A DNA stretch of 64,000 bases from Candidatus Latescibacterota bacterium (GTDB lineage: Bacteria; Latescibacterota; UBA2968; UBA8231), in contig OZ242214.1 of assembly GCA_965206595.1 (NCBI GenBank), positions 2,496,001-2,560,000 of the forward strand. Direction: 5' to 3'. The notes below the pieces were generated by a model. It was not told the origin of the DNA, searched no databases, and saw only the letters and a program-made list of their open reading frames with translations. The position numbers and the translations under genes are program-made. Numbering within the stretch: position 1 is the first letter of the stretch; each line of letters opens with the position of its first letter. Shown piece by piece: positions 60,142 through 64,000 of the stretch.

Positions 60142-61728
60142 CTAATCGGAGGCGTGCTCATAGGGACCGAGATCGTCGTCGACGAAGGAGCGGTGGTAGT
60201 TCCTGCCCATCAGGTAGCGCGTCTCCAGCTCGACGTCCCGCACCGTCACCGGCATGGTCACCGCCTTGTCGCGCTCGTGCAGCTTCACCTCGATCTCGTT
60301 GCTGCCCTGGACCGGCCAGTGCTCCTCCTGCAGCCGGAACACGAACCAGTAGGCCGACCCGGCGCGGTAGCGGGGGCGGCTCATCCGGTACATCTCGTTG
60401 ATCCGGCGCTGACAGCTCTCCGGCAGCTGCTTCCCGTTGAGATGGAAGCTGACCCGGTCGAGCTCGGTGGTCGACATCAGGCGGAAACGCAGAATCACCT
60501 CGTGCACCCTGCCGGCCGCCGCCCAGCGCCGCAGATCGTCGCTGACCCTCAGGTGCACGGCCGCGCTCTCCCCCTCCTGCAGTTCCTTCGGCAGCTCCAT
60601 CTCGACACCCGGCTCCAACTGCGGTTCCGGGTAGCGGCCTGTCATGGTCGGCGCGAAGTAGAACTTGTCCCTAGGAGCCATGATGTCCGGGTGGGGGAGC
60701 TCGCGCAGGCGCTCGTAGAAATCGGCCCCGTACGGCCACAGGTTGAACCAGTGCGCCAGGTAGAGGCCGTCGACCCCCTGGTCCCAGTAGTTGGTGGCGC
60801 AGGCCCGCGTCATCGAGACCGGGCCCTCCCCGAGGCGGTCGGAGTCGACATGCGACTGGATGGCGCCGATCACCTTGCAGCCCGAGCCGCGTGCCGCCTG
60901 GACCAGCTCCGTGTAGTCGGCGTTGGTGTTTATCAGCTCCGGGCCGGAGAAGGTCTGCGCCACCAGGGCGTCGACGATCCCCTCGTCGATCCAGGCCTTC
61001 ACGTCCATGCCGACCCCGTTGCATCCCTCGATGCTCGCCGGGATGCGGATGACGAGATGGCGCTCGGGCCCGCTTGCCTTGACCTCTTCGTACACCCGCC
61101 GGATCCAGGCGCTCAGGACCGGCTTGCCCTCCTCCACCTCGTCCGGGTGGAAGTAGTGGGGCGTGTAGTTCATCTGCAGCTCGAAGCCGTCGCCGTCGTA
61201 TTTGCGCAGTGTCTCCGCGATCAGGGCGAAACGCTCCTCGCGCACCTCCTCGTGCATGAAGTCGAGGCAGGTGGCGTACGGCAGCTCCCCGGTTCCGGGT
61301 TTGGCGCCGATCTCGAGGTGGGTGTTGTCGAAGCGGAAGTTCGAGCAGCGGGTGTCGCTCTCCCGGTCGCCGCGTCCCTGCTGCACCAGCAGCGTCGGGT
61401 AGAAGGCGATCCCCTTCTCGCGGGCCCGCTCCGAGACGACGCGCAGCGGATCGTGCCCGGCGTCGATCAGGGCGCGGGCGTTCTGGTGCGCGCGCCGGAA
61501 GATCTCGTGAGACCATTTCTCCATGTTGTGGCCCCACAGCTCCCCGACCTCGGTGTCGTGGAGCACGGTGCGGCCGTCCCCCAGGCAGAACATGATGGCG
61601 TCGACCGGGGTGCCTGCGAGCTCGTCCACCGCCTGCTCGTACTCCTCCTTCTGCATCGGCGGCTCGTACATGTAGATGAGGGGATGCCTGCCGTCGTGGT
61701 AGAACATGATGCGGGGTATGTCAGCCAT
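60142..61728 (-). CDS. GH-like TIM-barrel protein (GHL10/DUF187-like), uncharacterised
   Basis: IMFYHDG, LDFMHEEVRE...YDGDGFEL, WIDEGIVD, GVDGLYL..F; GGAGG RBS. Confidence 0.7.
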   Translation of the reverse strand: MADIPRIMFYHDGRHPLIYMYEPPMQKEEYEQAVDELAGTPVDAIMFCLGDGRTVLHDTEVGELWGHNMEKWSHEIFRRAHQNARALIDAGHDPLRVVSERAREKGIAFYPTLLVQQGRGDRESDTRCSNFRFDNTHLEIGAKPGTGELPYATCLDFMHEEVREERFALIAETLRKYDGDGFELQMNYTPHYFHPDEVEEGKPVLSAWIRRVYEEVKASGPERHLVIRIPASIEGCNGVGMDVKAWIDEGIVDALVAQTFSGPELINTNADYTELVQAARGSGCKVIGAIQSHVDSDRLGEGPVSMTRACATNYWDQGVDGLYLAHWFNLWPYGADFYERLRELPHPDIMAPRDKFYFAPTMTGRYPEPQLEPGVEMELPKELQEGESAAVHLRVSDDLRRWAAAGRVHEVILRFRLMSTTELDRVSFHLNGKQLPESCQRRINEMYRMSRPRYRAGSAYWFVFRLQEEHWPVQGSNEIEVKLHERDKAVTMPVTVRDVELETRYLMGRNYHRSFVDDDLGPYEHASD

Positions 61729-61929
61729 CGGTATGCCTCCAATTCGGATCAATTGATGGAAAGAGTTGCCGATTCGTCGCCGCGAGATGCTGCCGGCGGG
61801 GTTTCAAGCTGTCCAACGGTATCGTCTTGACGTTAGCCTGGAGCGACCGGTCGCGGCAACCGGTGATGCACCCTTATACCTGGTGCCGAGCGGTCGGCAG
61901 GCCATCGGGCGCCACCGCCGGCCGTTCAG

Positions 61930-63027
61930 CTACCTGAACCAGTCGTAGTGCAGCCCGAGGCTGCGGTCGGGAAGCGGCAGCTCGACCTTCCCGCCGCCCC
62001 GGGCCGACGACTCCTTGAGGGCGACCTCGACCTCGAGCGCGATCCCCACCCGGCGGCCCGAGTTCTTGGGCTCGTCGAGGTCTCCTGCAATGCACCTCAT
62101 CACGTCGTCGACGCAGTAGACGGCCCCGTACGGAAGGTTGAACTGCGGCTTCGGCCACGGTACCGGCACCCGGCCCTTGGCGCCCTCGATCTCGATGTCC
62201 TGGAACAGCTGCCAGCCGTCGCCGAAGTCGAAGGTCATCTCCCCGCTGCTGCCGGTCAGGCGCACGCCGGGAGCGCCGTGGCGGAAGTGCATCGCGTGCC
62301 CGCCTTCGGCCCAGGCCATCCCCTGCCCCTGAAACTCGCTGCTGCCGGATTCGCGCCGGGGTCCGTCGCCGCTGCCGACCACCCAGTCGGGAAGCCGGTC
62401 GAGGAAGTAGGACCAGTTCTGGTGCTGCGCCCCGGCGCCGCCGGCCTCGATCGACTGCAATTCGCCGATGGCCCCTTCGTGCAGCAGACGCTTGGCGACC
62501 GCGAACGACGGATGGGTGGTGGTGATCGAGCCGCAGTTCAGGGGCACGCCGGCCGCGGCGCAGGTTCCGACCATGCGGTCGACCTCCTCGAGGGTGTGGG
62601 CCATCGGCTTCTCGGTGACGATCCCCCTGGCTCCGCACTCGACCGCGAGACGGGTGAGGTCGGCGCGGTGCCGGGTGTTCGTCGCCACGGCGACGATCTC
62701 CGGCTTCACCTCCCGCAGCATGGCCTCGGCATCGGTGTAGACCGCGTCGATGCCGTAGCGCTCGCTGAAGGCATCCAGCCTTTTGGTGTCCCTGTCGGCC
62801 GCGGCGACCAGCTCGGTGTCCGGTCGGCTCCACAGCGCCTCGGAGTACGAGGTCGGGTTGCCCTCGTCCCCGGGGTGATCGTGGTGATGGAAGCGGCGGT
62901 GGACGTCGAGCTCCGGGGTCGGCCTGTCGCTGTCCTCGATCTCGAAGCGGTCGCCGATGCGATGAGCGAGGTCGTAGAGCAGCCCCATCCAGCCCAGGCC
63001 GATGACCGCGGCGCTGTAGTTTGCCAT
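61930..63027 (-). CDS. Gfo/Idh/MocA oxidoreductase
   Basis: VIGLGWMG, PEIVAVAT, TEKPMA. Confidence 0.9.
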   Translation of the reverse strand: MANYSAAVIGLGWMGLLYDLAHRIGDRFEIEDSDRPTPELDVHRRFHHHDHPGDEGNPTSYSEALWSRPDTELVAAADRDTKRLDAFSERYGIDAVYTDAEAMLREVKPEIVAVATNTRHRADLTRLAVECGARGIVTEKPMAHTLEEVDRMVGTCAAAGVPLNCGSITTTHPSFAVAKRLLHEGAIGELQSIEAGGAGAQHQNWSYFLDRLPDWVVGSGDGPRRESGSSEFQGQGMAWAEGGHAMHFRHGAPGVRLTGSSGEMTFDFGDGWQLFQDIEIEGAKGRVPVPWPKPQFNLPYGAVYCVDDVMRCIAGDLDEPKNSGRRVGIALEVEVALKESSARGGGKVELPLPDRSLGLHYDWFR

Positions 63028-63118
63028 GTCGTCCTCTCCTGTCGGTGTTGGAATTCGATGTGAGATTGAGCCGGGGATCAGGCCGCGCCCCTGGGCGCGA
63101 AACCGCGATTGCAGGCGC

Positions 63119-64000
63119 CTACTCGTCCCAGGGAAGCGGCACGCCGAGGCGCGCCCCCACCTCCCGCAGCTGTTCCTCCTCCAGCTCGCCGTAGCGGATG
63201 CCCTCGCGGCGGTGCAGCTGCATGCGCCGCTCCTCGATCGCCCCGGGCAGCAGCGCCTCCTCCATCCCCGGCATCGGCTCGTACGAGGCGCGCACGTCGG
63301 CGACGAGGCGGTCGACTTCGGCGCGGAAGTCCGCTTCGGAGAGCAGGCCGTCGATGCGGATGGCGAGCACCATGCCTCCGGAACCGGCGGCAGGCCAGGA
63401 CTGTTTCACCTCCCCGGCGCGCGCCAGGCCGACGCCGGCGAGCCCGCCTCCGAGCAACGTCGCCACCGCGGTGTATCCCATGCTCTTGTAGAAGGCGGCC
63501 GGGATCTTTTCGTGCAGGGCGTCGAACTCCGGGCCGCGCTGGTAGTCGGCCATGATGCAGGTCGCCGCGTCGAGGACAATCGGGGGCCCCTCTCCCGACG
63601 GCAGCGCAAAGCAGATCGGCGGGTTTCCGTAGTAGGCGAGCTTCGGCCTCTCCCCGGCTCCCCGCCGGTTGCCGTGATCGCGGGTCCCCTGAACCGAGAA
63701 CCCGATCATCCCCGCCTCCATGCAGATGCGGGCGTAATGTCCCGCGGAGCCGTAATGGCCGATGTGGCGCACGGTCGCGATCCCGAGGCCGTACTCCCGA
63801 GCCTTGGCCACGGCCATCTCCGAGGCTTGCGTCATCGGCAGGTACCCGAGCGTGCCGTCGCCGTCGAGGGCCGCCTGGGTCGGGCTCTCCTGCAGCACCG
63901 CGACCTCGGGACCCGGGTTGAGCTCGCCGGTTTCGAAGGACCGGCAGTAGCGGTTCAACTGGCGGGTGCCGTGGGAGCGCACCCCGCGCAGGTCGGAGTT
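63119..64000 (-). CDS. Ldh_2 (malate/L-lactate dehydrogenase-like) oxidoreductase, partial
   Basis: DLRGVRSHG, LDGDGTLG, GHYG.AGHY, GNPPI.FA.P, LDAAT; 5' end lies outside the window. Confidence 0.9.
   Translation of the reverse strand, partial: NSDLRGVRSHGTRQLNRYCRSFETGELNPGPEVAVLQESPTQAALDGDGTLGYLPMTQASEMAVAKAREYGLGIATVRHIGHYGSAGHYARICMEAGMIGFSVQGTRDHGNRRGAGERPKLAYYGNPPICFALPSGEGPPIVLDAATCIMADYQRGPEFDALHEKIPAAFYKSMGYTAVATLLGGGLAGVGLARAGEVKQSWPAAGSGGMVLAIRIDGLLSEADFRAEVDRLVADVRASYEPMPGMEEALLPGAIEERRMQLHRREGIRYGELEEEQLREVGARLGVPLPWDE

Overview
High-GC bacterial chromosome segment. Secreted WD40 and CotH proteins with an FlgD-Ig-type C-terminal tail, two ankyrin proteins and many PhyH, enolase, DAO and GH-like enzymes suggest a Latescibacterota/Gemmatimonadota/Poribacteria-like animal (sponge) symbiont; this is inference, as no marker gene is present. 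A backbone of orphan catabolic enzymes is interrupted by AT-richer accessory patches. (i) At 1-2.4 kb: a dynamin-like GTPase running off the window (absent from the ORF track) and an AAA_14/DUF4143 gene. (ii) At 7.6-22.2 kb around tRNA-Val(TAC): HEPN proteins, ankyrin, a stand-alone class III cyclase-like gene, vapBC with a broken toxin, three IS91/ISCR oriIS-end remnants, IS3 and IS1380 elements without target duplications, and truncated genes. (iii) At 38.3-42 kb: EcsC, an IS481 relic and an ankyrin gene. (iv) At 48.2-52.8 kb: truncated vapBC, a putative toxin plus protease-dead IrrE/ImmA-like pair, and a Fic gene. The best novelty candidates are an orphan structured RNA at about 59.9-60.1 kb resembling IS110 leader (bridge RNA-like) sequences with no recombinase nearby, the toxin/pseudo-peptidase pair, the ISCR-end array, and PhyH paralogs lacking the iron-binding carboxylate. 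All family calls come from motif recognition by eye; no searches were run.
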